Of a DNA stretch of 64,000 nucleotides, positions 9,649 through 19,765 are shown piece after piece; positions within the stretch are counted from its first letter, which is position 1; each line of letters starts with the position of its first letter. This DNA is from Candidatus Fermentibacteraceae bacterium (GTDB lineage: Bacteria; Fermentibacterota; Fermentibacteria; Fermentibacterales; JCC-6), in NCBI GenBank assembly GCA_041750285.1, contig JBGSZS010000020.1:1-64000 (forward strand). Direction: 5' to 3'. The translations under genes and the position numbers were made by a program. The notes under the pieces are model-generated. The model saw nothing but the letters and a program-made list of their open reading frames with translations, was not told the DNA's origin and ran no database searches.

Positions 9649-10031
9649 TTCGTATCGGGTTCGCCGGCTTCCACGGATGCTTCCCGGACCGTCAGCGAAC
9701 TCTTCTCCACATCGACCTTCACTCCTTCGGCGATCCTCACGGTGACGATGCTTCCCTTGATGTTGGTCACGACCCCGTGGATGCCTCCGGAAGTTACCAC
9801 ACCGTCGCCCCTCTTCATTGCTTCACGCATTTCGTTGAGTTTCTTCTGCTGTTTCTGCTGGGGCCTGATGATGAGGAAATAGAAGATGGCCACCATGGCG
9901 ATGATGGGAAGAAAGCCGGTGATCCCTCCGCTTCCGAGACAGCCCGCGGGTGCGGCCTCCTGAGCGGCGGGGGCTTCCTGTGCGAAGAGGGCGATTGCAT
10001 GAAGCAGTGGCAGTGCTGCGAAAATCCTCAT
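9645..10031 (-). CDS. yajC: Preprotein translocase subunit YajC
   Basis: FYFLIIRPQQKQQK, GDGVVTSGGIHG. Confidence 0.95.
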   Translation of the reverse strand: MRIFAALPLLHAIALFAQEAPAAQEAAPAGCLGSGGITGFLPIIAMVAIFYFLIIRPQQKQQKKLNEMREAMKRGDGVVTSGGIHGVVTNIKGSIVTVRIAEGVKVDVEKSSLTVREASVEAGEPDTK

Positions 10032-10047
10032 TTTTTTGTCTCCCGAT

Positions 10048-10932
10048 CTAGATCTGATTGTTGCCGCCGCGCGAAGTCTTTCCGGGCCTTATGCCCAGAA
10101 CGGCTCCGACGGCCCCGGTTGCGCCTCCCAGCAGCACAACCGTCCAAAAAAGCCGAGGGGGCAGGAATGAATGACCCACTGCACCCTGCAGCATCCCGCT
10201 GAGAACCGCCGAGATCAGAAGCCCTCCCAGGGCGCCTGCAAGGCCCGTCAGGGTTCCCTCGGCCACGAAAGGCGCAATGATGAACCAGTCCGGAGCGCCG
10301 ACAATGCTCATGATCTCGACCGTCAGCGACCTTTGAAGGGCCGACAGCCTCACGGTGTACGCCACCACAAGGGCAATGCTGACGGCGAGAACCGTGCCCA
10401 GAAAGACCAGGAGCTTCCTGAAGGCAGAGACTGTCTTTGAAAGCCCGGGAAGGTACTCTTCACCAAACACGGCCTCGGTCACTCCCTCGAGTCCCTGGAT
10501 CGCTGCGGCAAGTGACCTGACACCAGTTTCGTTGTCCCAGCCGGGTTCAAGTGAGACCTGTATCGACGCGGGAAGACGGAACTGCCCGGAGAGAAGGTCG
10601 AGGAGGCGTTCCTGTTCCGGCATCTCGGCACGGAACAGCGCTTCGGCCTCGAAAACCGAGACATAATAAACGGAGCGCACACCATTCATCGTGCTTACGA
10701 GGTCGGCAAGGCTCCTGCCCTCGGACTGGGTAAGCTCCGGGCTCAGGAATGCCTCGATACGAACGGACTGAAGTTCCCTCTGAAGAAGCCGTTCGAGGTT
10801 CCAGCTCACGAGAAGGAACGTGTTGAACACAACGAAGGCGAGGCTCACCATGACCAGCGTGACAGCCCTTGAACCGGGCCTGGTTCCGATGTGATTCAGG
10901 GTTTCCCGTCCCAGTGCCTTCCACAGGCTCAT
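10048..10932 (-). CDS. ftsX: Cell division permease FtsX
   Basis: N-terminal TM, periplasmic loop with LPASIQV, VEIMSIVGAPDWFIIAPFVAEG; follows ftsE. Confidence 0.88.
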   Translation of the reverse strand: MSLWKALGRETLNHIGTRPGSRAVTLVMVSLAFVVFNTFLLVSWNLERLLQRELQSVRIEAFLSPELTQSEGRSLADLVSTMNGVRSVYYVSVFEAEALFRAEMPEQERLLDLLSGQFRLPASIQVSLEPGWDNETGVRSLAAAIQGLEGVTEAVFGEEYLPGLSKTVSAFRKLLVFLGTVLAVSIALVVAYTVRLSALQRSLTVEIMSIVGAPDWFIIAPFVAEGTLTGLAGALGGLLISAVLSGMLQGAVGHSFLPPRLFWTVVLLGGATGAVGAVLGIRPGKTSRGGNNQI

Positions 10933-11615
10933 CGGGTTTCCTCCAGGTCCTGCCAGCTCTCCGCATTCGTCAGCCTGCCTCCGTCGAGGAAAAGGAACCT
11001 GGCGCTTCCGGGAGGGATTCTCCTCGGATCGTGGGTTGCCATTACCACTGCCGTTCCGCCCCGGTTGATGTCAATGAGGTGCTGGATGACCCTGGCTGAA
11101 GCTTCGGGATCGAGGTTTCCGGTTGGCTCGTCCGCAAGAAGGATCAGGGGGTGAGCGGCCATGGCCCTTGCGATGGCCACCCTCTGCTGTTCACCGCCGG
11201 ACAGCTGGTGGGGCAGGGAGTTGCGCCGGTGGCTGAGCCCCATGAGTGCAAGAAGGCTGAACACCCTCTTCCTGACAGCCCTTCCCGAAGCGCCGGAAAC
11301 AACGAGCGGAAGCGCCACGTTGTCGAAGACTGTCCGGTCGGGCAGAAGCCTGAAATCCTGGAAGACTATCCCTATCTTCCTTCTGAGCATGGCGAAATGG
11401 CTGCGTTTCATCATGTCGCTCCTGAAACCTGCGACCTGGACGAATCCGCGGTCGGGCATGTCGCCCATCCATATCAGTCTTAGCAGCGTGGTCTTTCCGG
11501 CCCCGCTGGGTCCGGATACCACCACGAACTCGCCTTCCGCCACCTGAAGGGTCACCTGATCGAGAGCCGGCCAGCGGCCGTAGCTTCTGGACGCACCCTC
11601 GATCTCTATCAGCAC
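10929..11615 (-). CDS. ftsE: Cell division ATP-binding protein FtsE
   Basis: GPSGAGKTT, IGIVFQDFRLL, LSGGEQQRVAIARA, LADEPTGNLDP. Confidence 0.93.
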   Translation of the reverse strand: MLIEIEGASRSYGRWPALDQVTLQVAEGEFVVVSGPSGAGKTTLLRLIWMGDMPDRGFVQVAGFRSDMMKRSHFAMLRRKIGIVFQDFRLLPDRTVFDNVALPLVVSGASGRAVRKRVFSLLALMGLSHRRNSLPHQLSGGEQQRVAIARAMAAHPLILLADEPTGNLDPEASARVIQHLIDINRGGTAVVMATHDPRRIPPGSARFLFLDGGRLTNAESWQDLEETR

Positions 11616-11878
11616 GGCGTACTCCCGTCATCAAGAACCTGGTAGAGCAGTTCCCGGTCCGCCCTTGAGACGCTCCGGGATGCAGGTATGCCGCGCACCG
11701 CGAATGTCACCTCCTCACCCGAAGGCTTTCTGAGGTTCACGATCGAGCCCGGAACGACCCGCGAAGCGCTTTTTGCCGTTCTGCCGTCTATCGTCACGGC
11801 ACCGGCGTCACACGCCTTCTCGGCCAGCGACCTGGTTTTGACAAGACCTGAAAGCTTCAGGAACAGGTCGATTCTCAT
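11609..11878 (-). CDS. S4-domain RNA-binding protein (Hsp15/YabO-like)
   Basis: MRIDLFLK...LVKTRSLA..AC..G.V.IDG..AK. Confidence 0.88.
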   Translation of the reverse strand: MRIDLFLKLSGLVKTRSLAEKACDAGAVTIDGRTAKSASRVVPGSIVNLRKPSGEEVTFAVRGIPASRSVSRADRELLYQVLDDGSTPC

Positions 11879-13149
11879 TCCAACCCCGGGTAAAAGACAG
11901 GGATCTCCGCCTCAAGCGAGTCGATGGTCTCGTTGAAAGCCCGTTGCCAGAGGAAGGAGCTCACGACCGACTCAAGGTCTTCCGGTGGGAAGCCTGAAAA
12001 ATCGGGGGTCTGATCCGGCGCGAGGCGAAAGACTGCCACTGCAGAACCCCGTTCGATCTGGACGGGAGCGGACAACTCGCCGGGTGACAGGCCCGAGACC
12101 ATCTCCGCCAGGCTCGCGTCCCATCCCGCGAGGAAGACCGTTCCCAGACTGCCGCCCCCGTAACGGGTCGAAGGATCGAGACTGAATTCGGCGGCAGCAT
12201 CGGAGAAGCTGACTTCTCCGCTCGCAACGGACGCCCGTATTGCCTGGGCCTCGTCCAGAACGGTCTGGACGTCAAGGGGCTCCACTGGAACAAGCCTGAG
12301 TATGTGGCTTGCCCGAAGACGGTCGCCATCGCGCTCGGTGAGCATCACCAGATGCACGCCGAAGGGTGTCACGAAGGGACCCGCCATCTCTCCGGTCTGG
12401 AGGTCCGCCACCCTGGCCTCGAAGGCCGGGGTCATGTCGCCCGGGTCGAACCAGTCAAGGTCGCCCCCTGCCCTTGCGGTTGCGTCCTGTGAATACTCCA
12501 TTGCCATTACGTCGAATGTGGTCTCTCCGCTCTCGATACGGTTCCTGACCTGTGTGAGGAGAAGCTCGGCCTCGGAGGTGTTCCCGGGAATGACGGGCAG
12601 GTAGATCCACTCAAGGTTGGCCAGGCCCATGATCTCACGGAATGCTTCGATGTTCTCGGCAAGGAAGGCCGCAGGGTCGGAGGGCAAGGTCAGCCCCGCG
12701 GCCCCGCTGATGCGTCGGGCGTAGTTTTCGGCCGCGAGCCGGTGCTCGATGGTTCCCGCAAGGACCTGGCGGTATGTGGCCAGTGTGAGTCCCGTTGCGG
12801 AAAGCGCCTGCTGAAATGCCGTTTCGGTCGGGAATTCAGTCCGGCGTTCCGCCAGAAAGAGCTCGACCCTTTCGTTCACCTGTGCGGGTGTGGGGTAAAG
12901 ACCTTCCCTGCGTGCAGCCTCGACGAGAAGCTTCTCCTGGATCAGCTCAGCAAGGGCCGCATCGTAAAGGGTATCACCGTGAAACATCCCCCGGGCCACT
13001 TCGGGTGCAACCCCGGATTCCTGAAGCAGGCTCACCACGTCGCTGTGCAGTATGGGCACAGCTCCCACGACGGCGGCGATGCCGTCTACAGGGGCGCCCG
13101 CCGGCATGGCAGCCGCGACCGAAAAAAGAAGGACAGAAAGGACCGTCAC
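11875..13149 (-). CDS. surA: SurA-like chaperone with two parvulin domains
   Basis: VDGIAAVVG..PILHSDV SurA N-terminus; YSQD.TA..GGDL.WF, TPFGVHL, ASHIL, FS.D..T..GGGSLG. Confidence 0.82.
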   Translation of the reverse strand: MTVLSVLLFSVAAAMPAGAPVDGIAAVVGAVPILHSDVVSLLQESGVAPEVARGMFHGDTLYDAALAELIQEKLLVEAARREGLYPTPAQVNERVELFLAERRTEFPTETAFQQALSATGLTLATYRQVLAGTIEHRLAAENYARRISGAAGLTLPSDPAAFLAENIEAFREIMGLANLEWIYLPVIPGNTSEAELLLTQVRNRIESGETTFDVMAMEYSQDATARAGGDLDWFDPGDMTPAFEARVADLQTGEMAGPFVTPFGVHLVMLTERDGDRLRASHILRLVPVEPLDVQTVLDEAQAIRASVASGEVSFSDAAAEFSLDPSTRYGGGSLGTVFLAGWDASLAEMVSGLSPGELSAPVQIERGSAVAVFRLAPDQTPDFSGFPPEDLESVVSSFLWQRAFNETIDSLEAEIPVFYPGLE

Positions 13150-13970
13150 TGGATCACCTCGCAGTCATATCTGCCGGATGCGGCGGAAACAACGCTTTCC
13201 ACGGCAGTCTCGAGTCTTTGTGAGAACAGGTGGTCCCGAAGCGCCGTAATGACCCTGGCTCTCATCGAGTCGGGAAGCGCACGGGTTTCGGATGTCATCA
13301 GGATGTGCCAGCCATCGGGGGTCCTGTAGACGGGACCAAGGCCTTCAAGTGTGGCTGCCTCGCGGGGAAGCCCTGAAAGATAAATCTCTCCCCCTGTCAC
13401 GAAGCCCAGGTCGCCACCGATGGCAGCCTTCTGACTCAGCGATACCCGTTGAGCGGTGATCTGGAAAGCATCGCCGCCCGCAAGCCTCCGATGGACCGAA
13501 TCCGCCGTGGCACTGTCCGCCAGAAGGATGTGGAAGTAATGACGTTCCAGCAGGAACTCGTCGGGAAACTGCCCCATGTAGGCGAGAGCCTCCTGTTCAG
13601 TGGGGTAATCGACAGAAGCGGCTATGTGCTCGATCATCACGTCCCGAAGGTAGACCTGCCTTGCCCGGTGTGCAACAAGCCTGCTCACCGCAGGGTTCTC
13701 AAGACCCTCATCGACCGCGGTTCTGGCGAGGAGCTCGTCACGGTACCAATCGAGAGCATCCTGCTCATCAAGATTCATCAGGGCCATGTCTTCACGGTAG
13801 AGGCAGGCGTCAGCCACCCTGGCCGCAACTTCGCCCCGCCGGCTCTCCCCGGCTTCGGGTTCGGGCATGCGTCGGAAATCCGCGCGAAGGACCGGAAGCG
13901 TCACGACGGCGGTGATGGCCAGGACAAGCCCCGATGCTGCCAGAATCATCCAGGAGGGAATCCTGTTCAT
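13146..13970 (-). CDS. Membrane-anchored parvulin (PpiC-type) peptidyl-prolyl isomerase
   Basis: N-terminal TM, HILL, GDAF..TA..VS, GGDLGFV, TPDGWHI. Confidence 0.8.
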   Translation of the reverse strand: MNRIPSWMILAASGLVLAITAVVTLPVLRADFRRMPEPEAGESRRGEVAARVADACLYREDMALMNLDEQDALDWYRDELLARTAVDEGLENPAVSRLVAHRARQVYLRDVMIEHIAASVDYPTEQEALAYMGQFPDEFLLERHYFHILLADSATADSVHRRLAGGDAFQITAQRVSLSQKAAIGGDLGFVTGGEIYLSGLPREAATLEGLGPVYRTPDGWHILMTSETRALPDSMRARVITALRDHLFSQRLETAVESVVSAASGRYDCEVIQ

Positions 13971-13980
13971 GGAGACCTTT

Positions 13981-14790
13981 CTAAAGCCTCTCGAGAAGCC
14001 TCTGGGGGTAGACGGTCACGCTGTGTCCGCCCCGCAGGTCGGAAAGGATGTCCATCACGGCCTTTTCCTGCCGGGTCGCCAGCAGTTCTTCGCCTGCCAG
14101 TTGAACGAGCTCGGCCTGGGTGGCCCGTGTTGCAAGGTCGCGCACCTCCAGAAGCTGGATGATGTGAAAACCCGCAGTTGTCTCGACTATCCCGGAGACC
14201 TGGCCGGGTTCGAGCGAGCAGACCGCCTCCATGAACGTGGCTGATGTCATTCCCCTGCGCAGCCACCCGAGGTTCCCTCCCTGCCTGGAACTGGGACAGG
14301 ACGAGAAGTTTGCAGCAAGGGACTCGAAGCTCTCGCCGCCCGAAAGCCTGGAGAGCACGCTTCCGGCAAGGACACTGCTGTCGAGGAGTATGTGCCTGGC
14401 ATTGTATTCCTTGCCGTATGAGTCGCTCCAGATGTCCAGATAGTTCTCGACCTCGAGCCTGGAAACTTCCACTTCCTCGAGGACATCGCTTATGAAGACC
14501 TCGATGAGCACCTGGTCGATCGCGGCCTGAACAGCCTTCTCGACATCGGGTCGGCTGCGGAGCCCGGCGCTCTCGGCGGCAGCGACAACAAGCCTCTCCC
14601 TGACCCAGGACTCGAGGATCTGAGAAGCCTCGGATTCAGAGGTTATACCCATGTAGTTGATGGCTTCGATCCCTCCGGCCTGTTCCAGAAGGTCTTCCCA
14701 GGTTAGAACGGCATCGTCGACCTGGGCGAGGACCTGAGCGGCCAGTGAGGGTGCCAGGATGACAACGGCCAAAAGAGCGATGTTCTTCAT
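13981..14790 (-). CDS. Exported parvulin (PrsA/PpiC-type) peptidyl-prolyl isomerase
   Basis: Signal peptide, ARHILL, FESLAANFSSCPS..GGNLGW, ETTAGFHII. Confidence 0.88.
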   Translation of the reverse strand: MKNIALLAVVILAPSLAAQVLAQVDDAVLTWEDLLEQAGGIEAINYMGITSESEASQILESWVRERLVVAAAESAGLRSRPDVEKAVQAAIDQVLIEVFISDVLEEVEVSRLEVENYLDIWSDSYGKEYNARHILLDSSVLAGSVLSRLSGGESFESLAANFSSCPSSRQGGNLGWLRRGMTSATFMEAVCSLEPGQVSGIVETTAGFHIIQLLEVRDLATRATQAELVQLAGEELLATRQEKAVMDILSDLRGGHSVTVYPQRLLERL

Positions 14791-14808
14791 TGTGCGGTTC
14801 CCCGTTCT

Positions 14809-16365
14809 TTATCGCCCGGGCGCTGCGGCCCAGGGATCCACCCGTTCAACGGCTGCGGTGTCTATCTCGACGCCCAGTTCGAGGGTGAGGCTGTCCATGA
14901 ATTCGGTGAAGAAAGGCTCGAAACGGCTTCGGAACAGGTCGAGTTCAGCCAGCTCGTACACCGTCTCAAGCTGCAGGGTGTCGGGGGGGGCAATGGCGAC
15001 GACAGTGAAGTAGGCTGCAAGTTCCCGGCCCGACTCGACAGGTCCCTGGAAGGTCCCGAGCGGGGCGGCGAAGATCCTCTCGCCCAGGATCGCCCCGAAG
15101 GCTTCCATGGGCTGAAGAGGCGTGGGAATGAGGTTTCCGGATGAATCGGTCATGGAGCTGAATTCCCCCAGATCTGGAAAGTCAAGGGCTGACTGCAGTT
15201 GGGGAACCCGGTCCTGTTCGACGTAGGCGAGAAGAACGCTGCGTCTTTCCGGAACGGAGTATCGTTCAGGGGCTTCGGCGTAGAACCCGGCGACCTGCGA
15301 GCTGTCGGGCATGGCCGGGTTGATCACCCTCTCCCTCACCAGGGCTTCGATGCGGGCGTAGTCGGTCGTTGAGCGGGGAACACCCGCACCCTGGGAACGG
15401 GCAATGCCGGCAAGTGCCATGGAACGCGAGGTGGAGAGCACCGAAAACCAGAGCGAGGTGACAGGGTCGGCCGAGGAGGCTTGCCTGTCGAAGGACGACA
15501 GCTCGGAAGGAACGCCATCCGGGAAGGAACGGTAGGAGACTCGTTCCAGGATCTGGGCCATCTCTGAAGTGGTGAGCTGTCCGCCGTTCCAGGATGCAAG
15601 CACGGCTTCGGGGTCGGTGGTTGATCGATCAAGGGCGAAGCTGTTGAGAACGGGTGCATTCACCGTCACCCCGGCCACCCTCTCCACCTCCCAGCCGAAG
15701 AGCGACATTCCCGAGTTCTGATCGGGAAGAGCCTGCGAATCTGTGGGGACTGAGAGACCAACAAGCCACGCCCCGTAACGGGGCAGAACCTGAACGTCCC
15801 CATTGTCGAGGAGTTGGCGGAAAGCCGAAGTGAACTGCCAGGGCGGACCCGACATGGTCCTGTAGCTTGTGCCCGAGCCGCCGCTCCACGGGGCGAGCAG
15901 GCTTCCGCCCGGGTCGGATGGAACGGAGGTCCGCCAGGCGGCGGCGACCTGAAAGGCCGTGGAACTGTCCTCCAGCAGGACGACATGGATCGAGTAGACC
16001 GTCGAGTCGAGACCCGCAAGAACGGGCCCGGGATCGAAAGCCATCGCCAGGCTTCTGGTGACGGAGTCGGAAAGCCAGGCCGTTTCATAAAGATCGACCC
16101 AGAATCCGGTGTCTTCAGCGGGGATCAGGTCGCAGGCAGCCAGAAGGAGCCTCTTTGAAACCATGCTGTGCATCAGATCGAGCCTGCCGCCGGGCTCGAG
16201 GACAGCCACCTGCCGGTCCGGCGGGAGGTCGTTGAAGGTGTTCAGAAAGTCGTCAACGGTGATGTCCTGCCCGGCAACGGTGCCGAGCCTGTCCGGCGAG
16301 CCTCCGCATGAGACCAGCAGCACAGAGAGAAAAAAGAATATGGAAATCCTATTCAAGAGCGCCAT
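14809..16365 (-). CDS. Lipoprotein with duplicated, degenerate PrsA/PpiD-like chaperone modules
   Basis: Lipobox LVSC; TVAGQDITVDDF, VLASWNGGQLT, FY......YSVPERR.V, GPVES; ATG 16365 overlaps mfd end. Confidence 0.65.
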   Translation of the reverse strand: MALLNRISIFFFLSVLLVSCGGSPDRLGTVAGQDITVDDFLNTFNDLPPDRQVAVLEPGGRLDLMHSMVSKRLLLAACDLIPAEDTGFWVDLYETAWLSDSVTRSLAMAFDPGPVLAGLDSTVYSIHVVLLEDSSTAFQVAAAWRTSVPSDPGGSLLAPWSGGSGTSYRTMSGPPWQFTSAFRQLLDNGDVQVLPRYGAWLVGLSVPTDSQALPDQNSGMSLFGWEVERVAGVTVNAPVLNSFALDRSTTDPEAVLASWNGGQLTTSEMAQILERVSYRSFPDGVPSELSSFDRQASSADPVTSLWFSVLSTSRSMALAGIARSQGAGVPRSTTDYARIEALVRERVINPAMPDSSQVAGFYAEAPERYSVPERRSVLLAYVEQDRVPQLQSALDFPDLGEFSSMTDSSGNLIPTPLQPMEAFGAILGERIFAAPLGTFQGPVESGRELAAYFTVVAIAPPDTLQLETVYELAELDLFRSRFEPFFTEFMDSLTLELGVEIDTAAVERVDPWAAAPGR

Positions 16366-19300
16366 CCTCTCCTGACCTTGATCTTGCCGCCATGTAATCC
16401 CTGAATATACGCAAAACGCCGCAAAGGGTTTCCCTTTCCTCATCGTCGAAAGCCCCGGAGGTGCGTCTGTGAAGTACGAGCCGGCCAGTGGGCTCATCGG
16501 ATGCCACCCATCCCCGACCCGCGAGAGCCTGCGCTTTCTCCCGTCTGGGGCCTTTTCCGGCGGCAAATACAAGCCTGACGACCCCGGAGGATGCCACAAC
16601 CTCCTCGAGGCCTGCCTCGCGCGCCAGAAGGTGGTAACGGGATCGTCTGGCAACTCCGGCCACCGGCTCGGGGATCTCGCCGAAGCGGTCCTTTATGTAT
16701 GAGAGCCAGTCATCGATCGTGCCCTCGCTGACCGCCCGCCAGACCCAGCGGTAAAGATTGACCCTCTCCGATGTGTCGGGCATGTACTCTTCAGGTATGT
16801 AGGCCCTTCCGGGAAGCTCCACCCGCACCGATCCGGTGACGATGGCCCTGCCGCCCTTCAACTCCTCCACTTCCCGGGAAAGGAGCTCCTCGAAAAGCCC
16901 GTAGCCAACGGCGTCGATGTGTCCGTGCTGACCCGCGCCGAGAAGCTCTCCCCCGCCCCTTATCTCGAGGTCCCTCATTGCTACGTGCCAGCCGGAACCA
17001 AGCTGTGTGTAACGCTGGACTGCCTCCAGTCTTCCCCGGCTCTCCTGCTTCAGTTTGGTCCTTCCGCCCGGGGTGAGCAGGTAGCAGTACGCCTGGTGGT
17101 GGCTTCTGCCCACCCTTCCCCTGAGCTGGTACAGCTCGGCAAGACCGAAAGCGTGCGCGTTGTCTATGAAGATCGTGTTGACGCGGGGCAGGTCGAGGCC
17201 CGACTCGATGATGGAAGTGCAGAGAAGGATGCGGTACCGCCCCTCGATGAAGGAGTGCATGACCTCTTCGAGGCGGGACGGTGGCATCTGACCGTGTCCC
17301 ACGATGATGTCCGCATCCACGATAGATTCAAGGCGTTCCCTGACCTTTTCAAGGGACTGGACCCTGTTGTGCACGAAGAAGATCTGACCGTCCCGCTCAA
17401 GCTCGCGCTCCACCGCTCTTCTGATGATCGCGGTCTCCCAGGGGATGATCTCGGTCTGGATGGGATACCTGTCCCTGGGCGGAGTTGTGATGAGGCTGAT
17501 GCTTCTAAAGCCGGAAAGGGACATGTGAAGAGTTCGGGGAATGGGTGTGGCGGTCATGGAAATGGTGTCCACACTTGACCTTATCTCCCTCAGGTATTCC
17601 TTCTGGGCGACACCGAACCTGTGCTCCTCGTCCACTATCAGAAGAGCAAGATCGTTAAATCGTACATCTTTCTGAAGAAGGCGGTGGGTGCCGACGACAA
17701 TGTTCACCCGTCCCTCGGCGAGGCCTCTCAGGATGACCTTCTGCTCAGCTGGGGTCTGAAAGCGGCTCAGAAGGCAGACCGTTACGGGGAACTCGGCCGT
17801 TCTGTCCCGAAACGTATTGTAGTGCTGCTCGGCGAGGATCGTTGTGGGCACCAGCACTGCGACCTGCCTTCCGGCTTCGGCGGCACGAAAGGCTGCCCTG
17901 ACAGCGACCTCGGTCTTTCCGAAGCCCACGTCTCCGCAGACAAGCCTGTCCATGGGAACGGGAACATCGAAGTCGCCGAGGACTGAGGCTATCGCCCTCG
18001 CCTGATCGGGGGTCTCTTCGTAGGGAAAGCTCTCCACAAGGGCCTGCATGTGCCGGCCGGGCGGAGGGAAAGCCGGCCTGCTCCTGGCCTTCCTCTCCGC
18101 GTACAGCATCGCCAGTCTTCCCGCTATCTCACCGGCCCTCTTCCTGGCCCTTCCAAGCCTGCCCTGCCAGACCAGGCTTCCAATCCGGTCAAGTGTGGGA
18201 GCCGCACCGGAAGGTGAAAGGTATTTCTTGACCTGGGCGAGTTCGTGAAGAGGGACAAGCAGCTTGTCTCCCCCGTCGTACTGGATCTCAAGGCAATCCC
18301 ATGAGCCGTCATTGGTGTCGATCCTTTTTATCCCAAGAAACCGGCCTATCCCATGGGCTTCGTGAACAACGTAGCACCCCGGTGAGAACTCGTCCCAGTC
18401 CGAGACAACCTGCCCTCCCCTGAACTTCCTTATCCGGTCGGGCCGCCTCCTGCGGCTGAGAAGTCCCCGTTCCACAAGGAACACGACCGGCCCGGCAGGG
18501 GTTTCGGGAGCGATGAAGCCCTGGGAAAGGGAAGCAACCTCGATGCTGACCCACTCCGCCACCTCTGCGGGAAGGAGTTCACGGATGGTCTCGGTTTCGG
18601 CGCGGGTATCGCAGGCTATGATTATCCGGTAGCCTTCGCCCAGCCAGCTCCTGAACTGCCTTATCATCTCCCCGGCGTGATCTGCGAAACCCGCAACGGG
18701 GGCCGTGGGCATCGGGAAGTCGCACGCCCCGGCGGGGAAGGGCAGATGAACGAGAACCTGGCCGGCCCGCTGCATGCCCTGGTCGAGTTCTTCCCATGAC
18801 GCGTACAGTTCCCGGGCGGAAAATGGCATGCCGGAGGGGAACGATGACAGCCTGGATTCGAGCGTGGCGTCGATGGCGGACTCGAGCCTGTCAGGTTCGA
18901 GAAGAACGAGCGTTCCGATGGACGGAAGGTAGTCGAGAAGCGTGGCCGACCTTTCATTGAAAAGGGGAACGAAATGCTCGATGCCGGGGAAATCACAACT
19001 GTCGGAAAGCTGGTCCTCGAGGAGGTGGCCTTCGGGAAGGATGTCCAACGCCCTGTTCCAGTGCTCCGGTGTGAGGAAGAGCTCACGGGCGGGAATGAGG
19101 ACGACCTCCCTCACGCTCCTCACGCTTCTTTGGGACTGGGGGTCGAAAAGCCTGAGCGATTCGATCTGATCATCGGAGAACTCGATCCTCACAGGGTTGG
19201 GCAGACCGTACGATCCAACATCGACGACTCCCCCCCTGCGGGACCAGCGCCCCTGCTCGAAAACCCCGGTCTCCCTTCTGTAGCCCCCTGCGAGAAGCCA

Positions 19301-19765
19301 CTCACCCAGGTCGGTGGGACAAAGCCTCATGCCTTCGCGCAGCGTCAGGAAAGGGAAATCAGAAGGTGGGGGAAGCCTTTTCACAAGAGCCGGGGCCGAG
19401 GCTACAACCATTGTGGACGGGCCGCCGCGAAGAAGACCGGCCATGCACTCCACCCTGTCCGCGATCACACCCTGATGGGCCTCTTCACCGTGGAAGGGCA
19501 GGGTTTCGTAGGAGGGGAAGAAGAGCACGGGATCGGGAAGCAGTGCGGTGAGGTCATCCCGGATGGCTTCGGCCTCCCTTGTTCCGGGTACGACCACCAT
19601 GGTAGGCCCCGCAAGCCTGTGGGCGGCTGCTATTGCCATGGAAAGTGCCGCTCCCCCAAGACCGCCCATTGTAACCCTTTGGCCGGTCCCGGATGCCAGC
19701 CGGTCCAGAAGGGGGGCAAAAACGGCGTCCCAGAACCGTTCGTCGTGAATAACAGGCTCAGCCAC
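16349..19765 (-). CDS. mfd: Transcription-repair coupling factor
   Basis: RGGVVD, VVHEAHGIGRF, FPYEETPDQ, CGDVGFGKTEVA, DEEHRFG, QLRGRVGRS, DLEIRGGG, TRCF C-domain. Confidence 0.97.
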   Translation of the reverse strand: MAEPVIHDERFWDAVFAPLLDRLASGTGQRVTMGGLGGAALSMAIAAAHRLAGPTMVVVPGTREAEAIRDDLTALLPDPVLFFPSYETLPFHGEEAHQGVIADRVECMAGLLRGGPSTMVVASAPALVKRLPPPSDFPFLTLREGMRLCPTDLGEWLLAGGYRRETGVFEQGRWSRRGGVVDVGSYGLPNPVRIEFSDDQIESLRLFDPQSQRSVRSVREVVLIPARELFLTPEHWNRALDILPEGHLLEDQLSDSCDFPGIEHFVPLFNERSATLLDYLPSIGTLVLLEPDRLESAIDATLESRLSSFPSGMPFSARELYASWEELDQGMQRAGQVLVHLPFPAGACDFPMPTAPVAGFADHAGEMIRQFRSWLGEGYRIIIACDTRAETETIRELLPAEVAEWVSIEVASLSQGFIAPETPAGPVVFLVERGLLSRRRRPDRIRKFRGGQVVSDWDEFSPGCYVVHEAHGIGRFLGIKRIDTNDGSWDCLEIQYDGGDKLLVPLHELAQVKKYLSPSGAAPTLDRIGSLVWQGRLGRARKRAGEIAGRLAMLYAERKARSRPAFPPPGRHMQALVESFPYEETPDQARAIASVLGDFDVPVPMDRLVCGDVGFGKTEVAVRAAFRAAEAGRQVAVLVPTTILAEQHYNTFRDRTAEFPVTVCLLSRFQTPAEQKVILRGLAEGRVNIVVGTHRLLQKDVRFNDLALLIVDEEHRFGVAQKEYLREIRSSVDTISMTATPIPRTLHMSLSGFRSISLITTPPRDRYPIQTEIIPWETAIIRRAVERELERDGQIFFVHNRVQSLEKVRERLESIVDADIIVGHGQMPPSRLEEVMHSFIEGRYRILLCTSIIESGLDLPRVNTIFIDNAHAFGLAELYQLRGRVGRSHHQAYCYLLTPGGRTKLKQESRGRLEAVQRYTQLGSGWHVAMRDLEIRGGGELLGAGQHGHIDAVGYGLFEELLSREVEELKGGRAIVTGSVRVELPGRAYIPEEYMPDTSERVNLYRWVWRAVSEGTIDDWLSYIKDRFGEIPEPVAGVARRSRYHLLAREAGLEEVVASSGVVRLVFAAGKGPRREKAQALAGRGWVASDEPTGRLVLHRRTSGAFDDEERETLCGVLRIFRDYMAARSRSGEDGALE

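Noticed and set aside
16366..16653. N-terminal extensions in the ORF track (also for fmt, DUF116, amrB, slipin, nadD, B12 radical SAM, HD-GYP 42483)
   Set aside because: They overlap upstream genes extensively; downstream starts with SD or stop-start coupling and family-typical N-termini are more plausible
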